Shown here in pieces: positions 29,241 through 39,101 of a stretch of 64,000 bases of DNA. The stretch is from a virus. Under the pieces are notes generated by a model. It ran no database searches, was not told the origin of the DNA, and saw only the letters and a program-made list of their open reading frames with translations. Every line of letters begins with the position of its first letter. Position 1 is the first letter of the stretch. A program made the position numbers and the translations under genes. The stretch is taken from IMG/VR virus record IMGVR_UViG_3300025655_000017; one strand, given 5' to 3'.

Positions 29241-29507
29241 ATGAAATTATTTTATGTTTTATTATTGATTACTGTATTGAGCTTTACTAATTGTACCGAA
29301 CAAGCTAGAACAAAAGCCTTTGGAGGAACTATGACGATTGAACTGGAAAAGGGAGAACGTCTTATTGAAGCTACTTGGAAAGATACACAACTATGGTATT
29401 TAACTGAACCGATGAAAGAAGATTATGTGCCTAATACTAAAACGTTTAGAGAACAATCTTCATTTGGAATGATGGAAGGAAAAGTTGTATTTAAAGAAAG
29501 TCGATAA
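29241..29507 (+). CDS. Small lipoprotein
   Basis: Signal peptide ending FTNC. Confidence 0.75.
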   Translation: MKLFYVLLLITVLSFTNCTEQARTKAFGGTMTIELEKGERLIEATWKDTQLWYLTEPMKEDYVPNTKTFREQSSFGMMEGKVVFKESR

Positions 29508-29599
29508 TATTACATAAGAAATCAGATGGTAGTACATGTAAATAATATTAATCGTTCAGTTCAGCACAGAGGTTATGTTATTTAGTACTATCATCAAAT

Positions 29600-29723
29600 T
29601 CTCCGGTGGCTTAGTTGGTTAAAGCATCCCACTTTCCTGTCCATTTATTAAGACTAATCCGTTTTAGTTTTTTAAAGGCCAAGATTAATGGGAGGATCGT
29701 GGGTTCGAGTCCCACCCGGAGAA
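29600..29723 (+). tRNA. tRNA (probably Lys-TTT) with a 50-nt insertion in the anticodon loop
   Basis: Well-formed acceptor, D and T arms; TCCCA/TGGGA stem encloses 57 nt instead of 7. Confidence 0.75.
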
Positions 29724-29737
29724 CATAAAAGCTAAAT

Positions 29738-30658
29738 ATGTCAAGAAACGTACAACATTCTTTATTGGGAAAAGCTAAGGCTAATAAAAAAGATGAATTT
29801 TATACACAATTTAAAGACATAGAGGGTGAATTAAAACATTATGAACATCATTTTAAAGATAAAATAGTTTATTGTAATTGTGACGATCCTAATGTTAGTA
29901 ATTTTTCAAAATATTTTATTTTAAACTTTGAAAGATTAAAACTAAGAAAATTAATTTCTACTGGGTATAAGAAAGAAGGTAGAGGAGTTGGAAATCTTTA
30001 TAAAAAAGATCAAAATAAAATTATTCGTCTAGAAGGTAATGGAGATTTTAGAAGTGAAGAATGTATTGAATTGTTAAAAGAATCAGATATTGTAGTTACT
30101 AATCCTCCATTTTCTTTGTTTCGTGAATATGTAGGACAATTAATAGAATACAAAAAAAATTTTCTCATTATTGGCAATATAAATGCTCTTACCTATAAAG
30201 ACATTTTTAAGCTTATTAAAAATAATAACGCTTGGATGGGTATTAACATGGGAAGAGGAATCTCAGGGTTTATCGTTCCAGAACATTATGAGCTTTATGG
30301 GACAGAGACTAAAATAGACGATGAAGGAAATAGAATAGTCTCACCTAATAATTGTTTTTGGTTGACAAACTTAGATACATCTAAACGACACGAAGACATC
30401 GTTCTTTCAAAAACATATTATGGATGTGAAAGTGAATATCCAATATATAATAATTATGATGGTATCAATGTAAATAAAACAAAAGATATACCAAGGGATT
30501 ACAGGGGAGCTATGGGTGTACCAATAACATTTCTGCATAAATTTAATCCAGATCAATTTGAAATAATTAAATTTAGAAAGGGAAATGATGAAAAAGATTT
30601 ATCAATAAATGGCAAATGCCCATACTTTAGAATTTTAATTAAAAATAAAAGATTATAA
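29738..30658 (+). CDS. Adenine-specific DNA methyltransferase, EcoRI-MTase family
   Basis: KKDEFYT, VYCNCDDP, GDFRSEEC, VVTNPPFSLFREY, MGVPITF. Confidence 0.9.
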   Translation: MSRNVQHSLLGKAKANKKDEFYTQFKDIEGELKHYEHHFKDKIVYCNCDDPNVSNFSKYFILNFERLKLRKLISTGYKKEGRGVGNLYKKDQNKIIRLEGNGDFRSEECIELLKESDIVVTNPPFSLFREYVGQLIEYKKNFLIIGNINALTYKDIFKLIKNNNAWMGINMGRGISGFIVPEHYELYGTETKIDDEGNRIVSPNNCFWLTNLDTSKRHEDIVLSKTYYGCESEYPIYNNYDGINVNKTKDIPRDYRGAMGVPITFLHKFNPDQFEIIKFRKGNDEKDLSINGKCPYFRILIKNKRL

Positions 30659-30715
30659 AAATAGAAAGACAGAAGCTTGGCAGACAGGTGATATTAGTAA
30701 ATTATATTTTTATAA

Positions 30716-30789
30716 ACCCCTATAACTCAGTTGGTTAGAGTATCGTACTTTTAATGCGAGAGTCCTTGGTTCGAGTCCAAGTAGGGGTA
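30716..30789 (+). tRNA. tRNA-Lys(TTT)
   Basis: Cloverleaf; TCGTA-CTTTTAA-TGCGA. Confidence 0.92.
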
Positions 30790-30803
30790 CAAATTTTATT
30801 AAA

Positions 30804-30893
30804 GGGGGTGTAGCTGATGTGGTTTTAGCGGGAGACTGTTAATCTCTGATTGAAAATATTGAAATAAAGTGGGTTCGAATCCTACCGCCCCCG
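30804..30893 (+). tRNA. tRNA-Asn(GTT) with enlarged variable region
   Basis: GGAGA-CTGTTAA-TCTCT, G73, 21-nt variable segment. Confidence 0.8.
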
Positions 30894-30904
30894 CTTTTAT
30901 TTAT

Positions 30905-30978
30905 TCTGAGGTGGCTGAATTGGTTAAGGCACGTTTCTTGTAAAAACGGTTTTGCAGGTTCGAATCCTGTCCTCAGAT
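30905..30978 (+). tRNA. tRNA-Thr(TGT)
   Basis: Cloverleaf; CGTTT-CTTGTAA-AAACG. Confidence 0.85.
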
Positions 30979-31050
30979 CATTTTTTCTAAAATAAACTTG
31001 CAATTGTCATTAATTAATCTTATCTTTACAAAAATTAAAACACAATAATT

Positions 31051-31248
31051 ATGAAAACAATTTTTATTCTTTATTTTGCTACTATAGCTTTTGCACTTTT
31101 TGGTTGGGGGAGCTGTATTCACAAGTTTATCCAATGTGACTTTGACAGTACAAAAACAAGTTATAAGTCAGAAATTATCTATGGTGTTGGTACATTTGTT
31201 CCTGTGATAGGAGTTTTTATAGGATATATGAATGTAGGAGAAGGTTAA
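31051..31248 (+). CDS. Small two-TM membrane protein
   Basis: Hydrophobic 65-aa ORF behind a host-type promoter. Confidence 0.65.
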   Translation: MKTIFILYFATIAFALFGWGSCIHKFIQCDFDSTKTSYKSEIIYGVGTFVPVIGVFIGYMNVGEG

Positions 31249-31301
31249 AAAATTTTTTATAGGTATTTGCTTTTATGCATTTATCTCTGTATCTTTGTAT
31301 T

Positions 31302-31859
31302 ATGGAACAAATAAAATTACAACTTACAACAGGGAATGATAAACAATCACGCAGAGCGTTAGATTTTTATCCTACTCCACCTGAAGCGACTATAGCTTTA
31401 TTGGACTTTCTTAAATTAAAACCTACTACAGTATGGGAGTGTGCTTCTGGAAATGGAGCAATGGTAGATGTGTTAAAACAATATGGTCACGATGTAATAG
31501 CTACAGATATAATAAATGGGGAAGATTATCTTCTCATAAAAAGAGATGCTGATATTATTATCACTAATCCACCATTTAATATATCAGATAAGTTTATAGA
31601 AAAAGCAGTTAATGAATGCTCAATTGTTGCATTTTTGTTAAAAACACAATATTGGCACGCAAAAAAAAGATATAAGCTTTTTAAAAAACATTCACCATCA
31701 TACATTTTACCTTTAACTTGGAGGCCAGACTTCTTATATCAAGAACGAAAAAATGGAGCAAAAGGTTCTCCAACAATGGATGTTAATTGGAATGTTTGGA
31801 TAAAAGGTGATTCAACTACTAAATATTTACCTTTACTAAAACCAAATAACATTTTTTAG
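31302..31859 (+). CDS. Phage amino-methyltransferase (N6-adenine type)
   Basis: DFYPTP, WECASGNG, IITNPPF. Confidence 0.88.
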   Translation: MEQIKLQLTTGNDKQSRRALDFYPTPPEATIALLDFLKLKPTTVWECASGNGAMVDVLKQYGHDVIATDIINGEDYLLIKRDADIIITNPPFNISDKFIEKAVNECSIVAFLLKTQYWHAKKRYKLFKKHSPSYILPLTWRPDFLYQERKNGAKGSPTMDVNWNVWIKGDSTTKYLPLLKPNNIF

Positions 31860-31875
31860 TAAAAATTTAAAAATT

Positions 31876-32169
31876 ATGAGAATAACATTTGACGCATTAT
31901 TTTACTATGCAAGAGAACAATATGGTATTGGGTGGAATCCATGTAATGACATATTTTTTGGTGGCGTTCTTGATTATGGTTCATTCAATGAATATGATCG
32001 TTATTGTTTAATAGATCAATTTGACATTGAAGTAGGCACAAAAATTGATGGCGCATTAATAAAAGAATTATATAACAATAATCCGCGAAATGGAAAAATA
32101 GGTTACATGATAACCTATAATTTCATGATTGATAATAAAATAGATGATTTGTTCATTGATAATAAGTAA
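31876..32169 (+). CDS. Hypothetical protein
   Basis: 97-aa ORF. Confidence 0.6.
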   Translation: MRITFDALFYYAREQYGIGWNPCNDIFFGGVLDYGSFNEYDRYCLIDQFDIEVGTKIDGALIKELYNNNPRNGKIGYMITYNFMIDNKIDDLFIDNK

Positions 32170-32422
32170 AATAATATGGAATACTTTAGTGATTATAAGC
32201 TTTTTATAAAAAGTGTAAAAGATTTAACTCTTTAAAATGCTTCTGTACATAAATTGACAAAGCGGTTATTATTATTTTTTCAGCCCGACCGTTCCATCAT
32301 CAAATAATAATGGGGTGTAATCTGCGGAAAGATTAGTATACAAGGAATAAGTTGAATCAGTTATTTCAAAATCTTCTTTTAATAAACCTATGTTTGTATG
32401 TTCTGAAAGATATATTATCATT

Positions 32423-33160
32423 TTAATTATTACTTATAGCTTTAAAATCTTTTGTTTCTCTTTCTACATTTTTATATTTATCTTCACCTGTTTTGGGGAC
32501 TAATTTTTTGTTTACTATATGATAATTATCATCGTCTATTTCGCCTAAATTGGTATAATCAAAACCATGTAGAATTGCTATTTTTTGTACGGGGAATTTA
32601 CCATAAACTGTTGCATATGCTGCTTGCCCCACCACTTCTGTAAAAAGTGCGGGGATTGCTAAGTTAGGGGCTAATTTAGCATGAACATTAAATGCTGCAA
32701 TTTCACCTTTACCCCCAAAACCAACGTTTGCTTGTATGTGAGTTAAATAATCATGGATTGTTCGCATAACAATATTATCCTCAACGGAAAATATCGGATG
32801 CTCAGAATAATCTATATTTATTTTAAGTATACCTGTTTTTTGTACCTCTGATTTCATTTCAGGCTGTGTTTGATAGGGTTGACCTCCCTTTATATATTTG
32901 ACATCAAATTTTCGACCTAAGATATTAAATGTTTTACCCTCATATGATTTATGTTCACTGACAAATAAAACATTAACTTTTGATAATAATCTTTTAAATA
33001 ACGTATAATTTGAATTTTTTAATGAATCCCAATGTTTTTTAGCTCCGGGTTCTAATTCGGGGGCTTCCTCATAAGCTTTTGCAATTAATTCTAGATATTG
33101 AGAATAGTCACTTAACATCATTTTTTCACCTAATAGATTTTCATTTATATATATTATCAT
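32423..33160 (-). CDS. Hypothetical protein with HD..H motif, candidate head-packaged enzyme
   Basis: RTIHDYLTH..GE..A motif; N-terminal MIIYINENLLGE; late motif upstream. Confidence 0.65.
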   Translation of the reverse strand: MIIYINENLLGEKMMLSDYSQYLELIAKAYEEAPELEPGAKKHWDSLKNSNYTLFKRLLSKVNVLFVSEHKSYEGKTFNILGRKFDVKYIKGGQPYQTQPEMKSEVQKTGILKINIDYSEHPIFSVEDNIVMRTIHDYLTHIQANVGFGGKGEIAAFNVHAKLAPNLAIPALFTEVVGQAAYATVYGKFPVQKIAILHGFDYTNLGEIDDDNYHIVNKKLVPKTGEDKYKNVERETKDFKAISNN

Positions 33161-33188
33161 AATATAAAACTTTAAAATAAATAGTGTA

Positions 33189-33605
33189 ATGGAACAGTAT
33201 TTTAATGCATATTTTATAATAAATAAATTATCAGTAATTTTATCTCCTTATTTGAAAAATCAAAATATGAATAGATATTTGATAAATAATTCATATGATA
33301 ACTTTATGATTATAACTGCTTATGTTTCGAATGAAATAAATAAGATAGAAGAAAATAAAAAAAAGAATAAATTATTAAAAAAAGATATAAAAACTTATAA
33401 ATATTTTAAATGCTATGGAGCAGATAAAATAATAAATTATAAACATAGAGAGGATTCATTTATTGTATTTAATATCTCTAAACAGTATTCTTTAGAGTTA
33501 TGCGAAAAATATAAACAAGATTGTATACTGTGGGGAGAAAAAAATAAATTCCCTATTTTATTAGATAGATTTGGCAATGATTTGGCAGATATTAAAATAG
33601 TATAA
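33189..33605 (+). CDS. DUF3293-like protein
   Basis: FMIITAY..E.SFIV..LCEKYKQDCIL. Confidence 0.5.
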   Translation: MEQYFNAYFIINKLSVILSPYLKNQNMNRYLINNSYDNFMIITAYVSNEINKIEENKKKNKLLKKDIKTYKYFKCYGADKIINYKHREDSFIVFNISKQYSLELCEKYKQDCILWGEKNKFPILLDRFGNDLADIKIV

Positions 33606-33712
33606 AAGGAATAAAATTAAACCAATAATTATTTGTTATTTTAAAAGTTTATCAGTATCTTTACAGTATCGAAAAACTTATTTTATTTATTTAACCGATA
33701 AAAAAATTTAAC

Positions 33713-34393
33713 ATGTACAAAAAATTAAAAAGAATTTCACTTGACGATTTTGTTAAGATGTTTGAGGATGAAAAAGCTTCATCTAGAAAATATAATTGGA
33801 TAAAATTAATTAATTCAAGTAAACTTGTATGTCCTGTCAGTAGAGTAAAGGTATCTTACTGTAGTTATGATCAAAAAGAATCTGGAAGTTTGCATTATAA
33901 TTTTTATAGTGAAGATGAACTGTTATTTACTATTGATCACATAATCCCTTTATCTAAGGGAGGTACAAATGACATTGAGAATATTTGTCCGATGTTGGCA
34001 GAGTATAATTTTGCCAAAGTAGATGAGTTAACTGATATTATTAAAAATAGAAAAGAATATATTACTTGTGCGGCTATCTATTATCCAGAGATAGATTTAA
34101 GTGATGTTAGAAGTTCAATTAGTTATCCAAGCAATATTCAACAAGGCATTGTAGTTACTGGACATCGACACTCTAATTGTATAAACACAATGCTTGTTTT
34201 AAGAGGTATACGTTCAGTAGAGAGGTCTAATGACCCCAATGAAATAGTTACGGGGTGTTCTATTCAAGGATTTATGACTTCTAATAATAGGTTTGTTAAT
34301 AGAAAAGAAGCTGCCATAATAGCTTTAGCTGCGAAACAAATAGATGTTCTTAATTATAGTAAGACAGAATTATATAGTGAAGATTTATATTAA
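33713..34393 (+). CDS. HNH-domain fusion protein
   Basis: TIDHIIPLSKGGTN..N..N; separate C-terminal GHRH..QGF..LYSEDLY domain. Confidence 0.75.
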   Translation: MYKKLKRISLDDFVKMFEDEKASSRKYNWIKLINSSKLVCPVSRVKVSYCSYDQKESGSLHYNFYSEDELLFTIDHIIPLSKGGTNDIENICPMLAEYNFAKVDELTDIIKNRKEYITCAAIYYPEIDLSDVRSSISYPSNIQQGIVVTGHRHSNCINTMLVLRGIRSVERSNDPNEIVTGCSIQGFMTSNNRFVNRKEAAIIALAAKQIDVLNYSKTELYSEDLY

Positions 34394-34495
34394 GATTAAC
34401 TCATCAAAAGAAAAAGCTATTAATGATAGTCTAAATTTGTTGTGAAAAATTTTATTACTTATGTTTTTAAGTTTCTTTATAAAAAAATAAAATAA

Positions 34496-34735
34496 ATGAA
34501 AAAGTTAATAGGAAAGATTATGGCTAGACTCAGTAAAAAAACATTATTAGTTATAACTGATAGTAATTGTGAATCACAGCAAGATAATAATGGGGATTTA
34601 GTTCCGCTTATTTGGATGATTGAAAATTTAAAAAGAAGAGAAGGTGGTTGCACAATGAATGAACTTGTTGTAGAAGCAAAAAGAAATTTTGAAGGAATAG
34701 AACAAATTAAACAGATTACTATTCATTCAACATAA
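34496..34735 (+). CDS. Hypothetical protein
   Basis: 79-aa ORF. Confidence 0.5.
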   Translation: MKKLIGKIMARLSKKTLLVITDSNCESQQDNNGDLVPLIWMIENLKRREGGCTMNELVVEAKRNFEGIEQIKQITIHST

Positions 34736-34759
34736 TTTACAAACAAAACAAACCTTAAT

Positions 34760-34987
34760 ATGATAGACAAGCAAGTAGAAATCTATTTTAATAGTGAACA
34801 GGTAGCGGATAAGATAGATTTAGATATATTTTATCTGACTCAATTTATGAAAAACATAGAAGATTCAGAGATTGACTGGGAAAGTTCATCTTTATGTTAT
34901 CCTCATAAAGAATGTTTCATGGCTCATCAATGGGGTTTAACCTATAGTTATGATGGGCAGGATTTTACTTATAAAAATGATATGTAA
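34760..34987 (+). CDS. Hypothetical protein
   Basis: 75-aa ORF. Confidence 0.55.
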   Translation: MIDKQVEIYFNSEQVADKIDLDIFYLTQFMKNIEDSEIDWESSSLCYPHKECFMAHQWGLTYSYDGQDFTYKNDM

Positions 34988-35017
34988 TTTATCATAAAAA
35001 ACCCTATTTTTTTTAAA

Positions 35018-35497
35018 ATGGTTATTATATTAGAAAGTGAATTAGAAATGCTTGGTTATCATTGCACAAAAAGAGAACTCAACGGTGATTTCCAAGGCGA
35101 TATAAGCGGTGAGTATACCGCCCGATTTTTAAGATCATTTATAGATATTATTAAAAGTAATCATCTATATAATGAGTTTAAAAATTTATTAAAAGAGGAG
35201 AATGATTTCTACGAAGAGGAGGATCAAAATGAAAAAATAATAGATATAGATCATTTAATAGATGAATTACCTATTTATGAATATGAACAAGAAGCATATG
35301 ATGTTATAGCAGCTATTTTTGATAATTTAAGTTTAAATATTATTTTTACAAATGATTCACCATTGAAACAATATGGTGAATTTTGTTATAAAGTTAGAGT
35401 GCTTAATAGAAATTATGTTCGTGCAGAAGATGGAGGTGAAATATTAGCAAACGTATATATCATTTGGAATAAAACAAATAAATTTATATTATCTTAA
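35018..35497 (+). CDS. Hypothetical protein, possibly ART-fold
   Basis: MVIILESE tag; GYHCT..IIFT..QYG..E pattern. Confidence 0.55.
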   Translation: MVIILESELEMLGYHCTKRELNGDFQGDISGEYTARFLRSFIDIIKSNHLYNEFKNLLKEENDFYEEEDQNEKIIDIDHLIDELPIYEYEQEAYDVIAAIFDNLSLNIIFTNDSPLKQYGEFCYKVRVLNRNYVRAEDGGEILANVYIIWNKTNKFILS

Positions 35498-35498
35498 T

Positions 35499-36263
35499 AT
35501 GTTATTTTTTATAGACGAAGCATTAGAAAAAAGAGTTATAGGTTATTATTCTACTGATAAAGAATATAAGGCGGGTGATATTGTAACAATTGAGAGAAAT
35601 ATTGAAAATCACAAACATTGGCCATTAAGAAAAAAGATATTGGAAAAATGTTTTGAATTAGTTAGATCAGGGATGTTCCCTAAAAAAAATAGTAGATTAA
35701 AATGTATATTTGTTAATCCCACAAAAAAAAATAGATTTAGCAGAATAGCATCTAAAACGTATGTCGTTGAAATATTAGGAGAACGTAATTATGTTGATTC
35801 TATGTTAGTCGATGATTTAATGGATAATATATCAGATACTGTTGATTTAGATAAAGCAAGGGAATTAGCAGTTGATAATTTAGATATAATAAGAGCTTAC
35901 TGGGAAGGTAAAATAAATAATCGCTCCGATGTTGAAATTTTATGCGAACGAGTAAAGATTATAGAAAAAGCAGATTATGATATTTCTAAGGGAGATATTA
36001 TTCAATTAAAAAAAGAACAAGAGGTAATTTATTATACTGCAACAAATGAATATAAAAAATATAAGTATACAGATTATGATGATCTGGGGACAGACATATT
36101 TAAAAAAGTAAAACTACCAAGAGGGACAAAAATTCATATTGATTATTTACCTAAACGAAATGGTAAAAAATATCATTTAAGTGGATATATAATTGGTAAT
36201 AAAAATAGGGATATTATATCTTTTGATATTGATCTAAATGATGTGATAGTAGAGAAGTCCTAG
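35499..36263 (+). CDS. DUF2441-like (ART-fold) protein
   Basis: E..FELVR...FP...SRLKCIFV..YW..EIL. Confidence 0.55.
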   Translation: MLFFIDEALEKRVIGYYSTDKEYKAGDIVTIERNIENHKHWPLRKKILEKCFELVRSGMFPKKNSRLKCIFVNPTKKNRFSRIASKTYVVEILGERNYVDSMLVDDLMDNISDTVDLDKARELAVDNLDIIRAYWEGKINNRSDVEILCERVKIIEKADYDISKGDIIQLKKEQEVIYYTATNEYKKYKYTDYDDLGTDIFKKVKLPRGTKIHIDYLPKRNGKKYHLSGYIIGNKNRDIISFDIDLNDVIVEKS

Positions 36264-36305
36264 TTTAATAAACGTTTCACTATATTTATATTTAAATAAA
36301 AAATA

Positions 36306-38555
36306 ATGAAAAATTTATTATTATCATTGTTGTGTATTTTATTTTCTGTTAGTTTGTTTTCACAGAATTTATTTACAAAAATACCAACAGTCAAAGTACT
36401 TGATTTAACAAAGTACGAAGTTTTAGCTATAAATAATAGTGTTTTAGATCAGATTAAGGAACAATCTAAAGATGATTTAGCAATGGTTATCCCATTTGAT
36501 AATTACTATTTAGATTTAATTCTTACTAAAGACGACATTGAATTACCAATGATAAAAACTTCTTCTGGTAAGTCAGTGTTAGTTGATGATTTACAGGCAT
36601 ATTCAGGTATTGTTGCAAATGATCCATTGTCGGCTGCAAATATTTATTTTCTGGATGGTGAAGTTATGGGGATTGTTACAAGAGGAGAAGAAAGAATTGT
36701 TCTTCAAAAACAGGATGCAAATTATATTGTTTTTGAAGATAAGAATGTTTTTAAAAATGAACCTTTTACTTGTGGCACCAACACTGATGGTATAACAGTT
36801 CAAAATTTAATAACAGAGTTTGCAGTAAGTGATGTATGTACAAAAGTATATCTTGAGGTTGATAATGATATTTTCAAGCAAAAAGGTAGTGTAGCCAATA
36901 CAGCTAAATATATTACAAGTTTGTTTGATCAAGTAAAACAACTTTATGCAAATGATGGCTTGAAAATTGCCATATCTGAAATGTTTATCTGGGATACTCC
37001 CAGCCCTTATGTTACAGGGGGTAGTGGTGAAATGTTGACACAATTTTATAATTATCGAACAGATTATAATGGTGACGTGGCACAATTACTTTCTTATAAA
37101 TCTAGTGGAGGTATTGCGTTTGTTGATGTTTTATGCAATACCAATAAAAAGGTAAAAACTTCTTTTTGTTCTATTCAATCTACATACTTAAATGTTCCAA
37201 CATATTCATGGTCAGTTATGGTTATGGCACACGAGTTAGGACATAATTTTGGATCACCCCATACACATGATTGTGCATGGAACGGAAATAATACAGCGAT
37301 AGATAATTGTGTTCAAACAAACTGTGCATCAAATGGCATTCCTTCAGCAGGTGGAACAATAATGAGTTATTGCCATTTAAACAGTGTAGGGATTAATTTT
37401 AGATTAGGTTTTGGTGAACAACCCTCTAACCTTATGAGAAGCCGTGTAGCCAGTGCTAATTGTTTAACCGTGTGTGATAACGGTGGAGGTGGCGATAATC
37501 CACCACAAGACACCTCTGGGCTTAATGAGTTAAGATTTACACTTAAATTAGATACTTATAGTCCAGAAATTTCATGGCAGTTAGTTGGTACAGATAAAAA
37601 GGTTTTCTACGAAGGAAAAAACTATAATAAAACACAGGCAAATCTTTATGTTTTAGATACTTTCTTTTTACCTAGTGGATGTTATTCTTTAATTGTTTTG
37701 GATTCATATGGTGATGGACTTTGCTGTAAGTATGGGAGTGGTTTTTATTCTCTGAAAAGCTTAGATGATAAAGTTTTAGCTTTTGGTAATGAATTTGGTA
37801 AAACTTCTGAGACAAGTTTTTGTCTTGAAGGGGCTAAAGAAGAATGTTTAATTAATTTTAATGAAAATAAGCTTTTTTCTTATGGTACTAACCAAGATGC
37901 AGGTACAGTTGAAATTATTGAAAATGGATATGGCATTATGTTGAAAGATAATGCTTGGAAAGCAATTGATTCAAAATATAACATGACAAATAACACTATG
38001 CTTAGTTTTGAATTTAAATCTAGCATAGAAGGAGAAATTCACGGTATTGGACTAGATGACAACGATATTATTTCATCTAATTTAACATTTAAAGTATTTG
38101 GTACACAAAATTGGGGTATTTTAAATTTTGATAATTATGTACTCAATCAAGAATATCGTTATTATGAAATTCCCATCGGGAAATATTATGTATTGAATGC
38201 TTCAAAATTGTTTTTTGTAGCTGATCAAGATGGTGGGACAAGAAATGGTAATTCATATTTCAAAAATGTCCGACTATACGAAGCGGGTGACTGCAATGTT
38301 GCTAACCCTACATCTAACATTGTAGAAAATAAAGTGGCAATAACAATTGATTCTAAAATTATGACTGTAAGTTTTTCTAATTTACAACATGATATTTTAT
38401 ATACAATCTTTGACGAAAAGAATTATATTACTGAAACAGGTGTTGTTAACAGTGAAAACTTTAAAGTTGATTTAAACGAATATCAACAAGGAGAATATAA
38501 GTTTGTTGTAACAAATTACGGTCTTGTCACAGAAAAGAATTTTACTATTGAGTAA
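36306..38555 (+). CDS. Secreted M12/reprolysin-like zinc metalloprotease with T9SS-type C-terminal domain
   Basis: Signal peptide, cysteine-switch-like FTCGT, HELGHNFGSPH, Met-turn TIMSYC, C-terminal G.Y.....K.F. Confidence 0.9.
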   Translation: MKNLLLSLLCILFSVSLFSQNLFTKIPTVKVLDLTKYEVLAINNSVLDQIKEQSKDDLAMVIPFDNYYLDLILTKDDIELPMIKTSSGKSVLVDDLQAYSGIVANDPLSAANIYFLDGEVMGIVTRGEERIVLQKQDANYIVFEDKNVFKNEPFTCGTNTDGITVQNLITEFAVSDVCTKVYLEVDNDIFKQKGSVANTAKYITSLFDQVKQLYANDGLKIAISEMFIWDTPSPYVTGGSGEMLTQFYNYRTDYNGDVAQLLSYKSSGGIAFVDVLCNTNKKVKTSFCSIQSTYLNVPTYSWSVMVMAHELGHNFGSPHTHDCAWNGNNTAIDNCVQTNCASNGIPSAGGTIMSYCHLNSVGINFRLGFGEQPSNLMRSRVASANCLTVCDNGGGGDNPPQDTSGLNELRFTLKLDTYSPEISWQLVGTDKKVFYEGKNYNKTQANLYVLDTFFLPSGCYSLIVLDSYGDGLCCKYGSGFYSLKSLDDKVLAFGNEFGKTSETSFCLEGAKEECLINFNENKLFSYGTNQDAGTVEIIENGYGIMLKDNAWKAIDSKYNMTNNTMLSFEFKSSIEGEIHGIGLDDNDIISSNLTFKVFGTQNWGILNFDNYVLNQEYRYYEIPIGKYYVLNASKLFFVADQDGGTRNGNSYFKNVRLYEAGDCNVANPTSNIVENKVAITIDSKIMTVSFSNLQHDILYTIFDEKNYITETGVVNSENFKVDLNEYQQGEYKFVVTNYGLVTEKNFTIE

Positions 38556-38573
38556 ATTTCTTTTTTCTTAATA

Positions 38574-38610
38574 AAAAACTCCCAGTAAATTGTTTTTATT
38601 GGGAGTTTTT
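38574..38610 (+). terminator. Intrinsic terminator
   Basis: AAAAACTCCCAGTAAA / TTTATTGGGAGTTTTT. Confidence 0.8.
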
Positions 38611-38762
38611 ATATTTTTTAAATTTCAAAAATATATATTTCTTTTATAGAGAAGGAATGTAATTTTTGTCCGAAAAAAGTGATAAATCATAATATTTAAA
38701 GAAAAAATTTGTATTTCTAAATATTTTTACATATTTTTGTTTTTTTTAAAGCAATATTTCAT

Positions 38763-39101
38763 ATGGAACTCACAGTAGGAATTATATTAGCGGAAAATAA
38801 CAAAATGTTATTAGTACATCCCACTGGGGCGAATTTTTGGAATATTCCTAAAGGAATACAGGAAGATGGTGAAACAGATTGGGTTACTGCGAAAAGAGAG
38901 TTGCATGAAGAAACTAATATTAATTTAGCTGATTATAACTATTCCATAATAAAAGAATCAGCTTTTTATAAATATAAAAAAAGATCAAAATACGCAAAAG
39001 CATTTTTGGTTATTTTAAATGAAAAAATAAAAAGAGAATTAAAATGTAATACATTTTTTGACAATTTTGACAAGGGTAATATTATTGCCACCCATGATTG
39101 A
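38763..39101 (+). CDS. Nudix hydrolase, possibly C-terminally truncated
   Basis: Nudix box PKG..E.GE....AKRELHEET. Confidence 0.85.
   Translation: MELTVGIILAENNKMLLVHPTGANFWNIPKGIQEDGETDWVTAKRELHEETNINLADYNYSIIKESAFYKYKKRSKYAKAFLVILNEKIKRELKCNTFFDNFDKGNIIATHD

Noticed and set aside
30659-30715. Third attenuator before the Lys/Asn/Thr tRNAs
   Set aside because: No leader ORF or terminator hairpin is visible.
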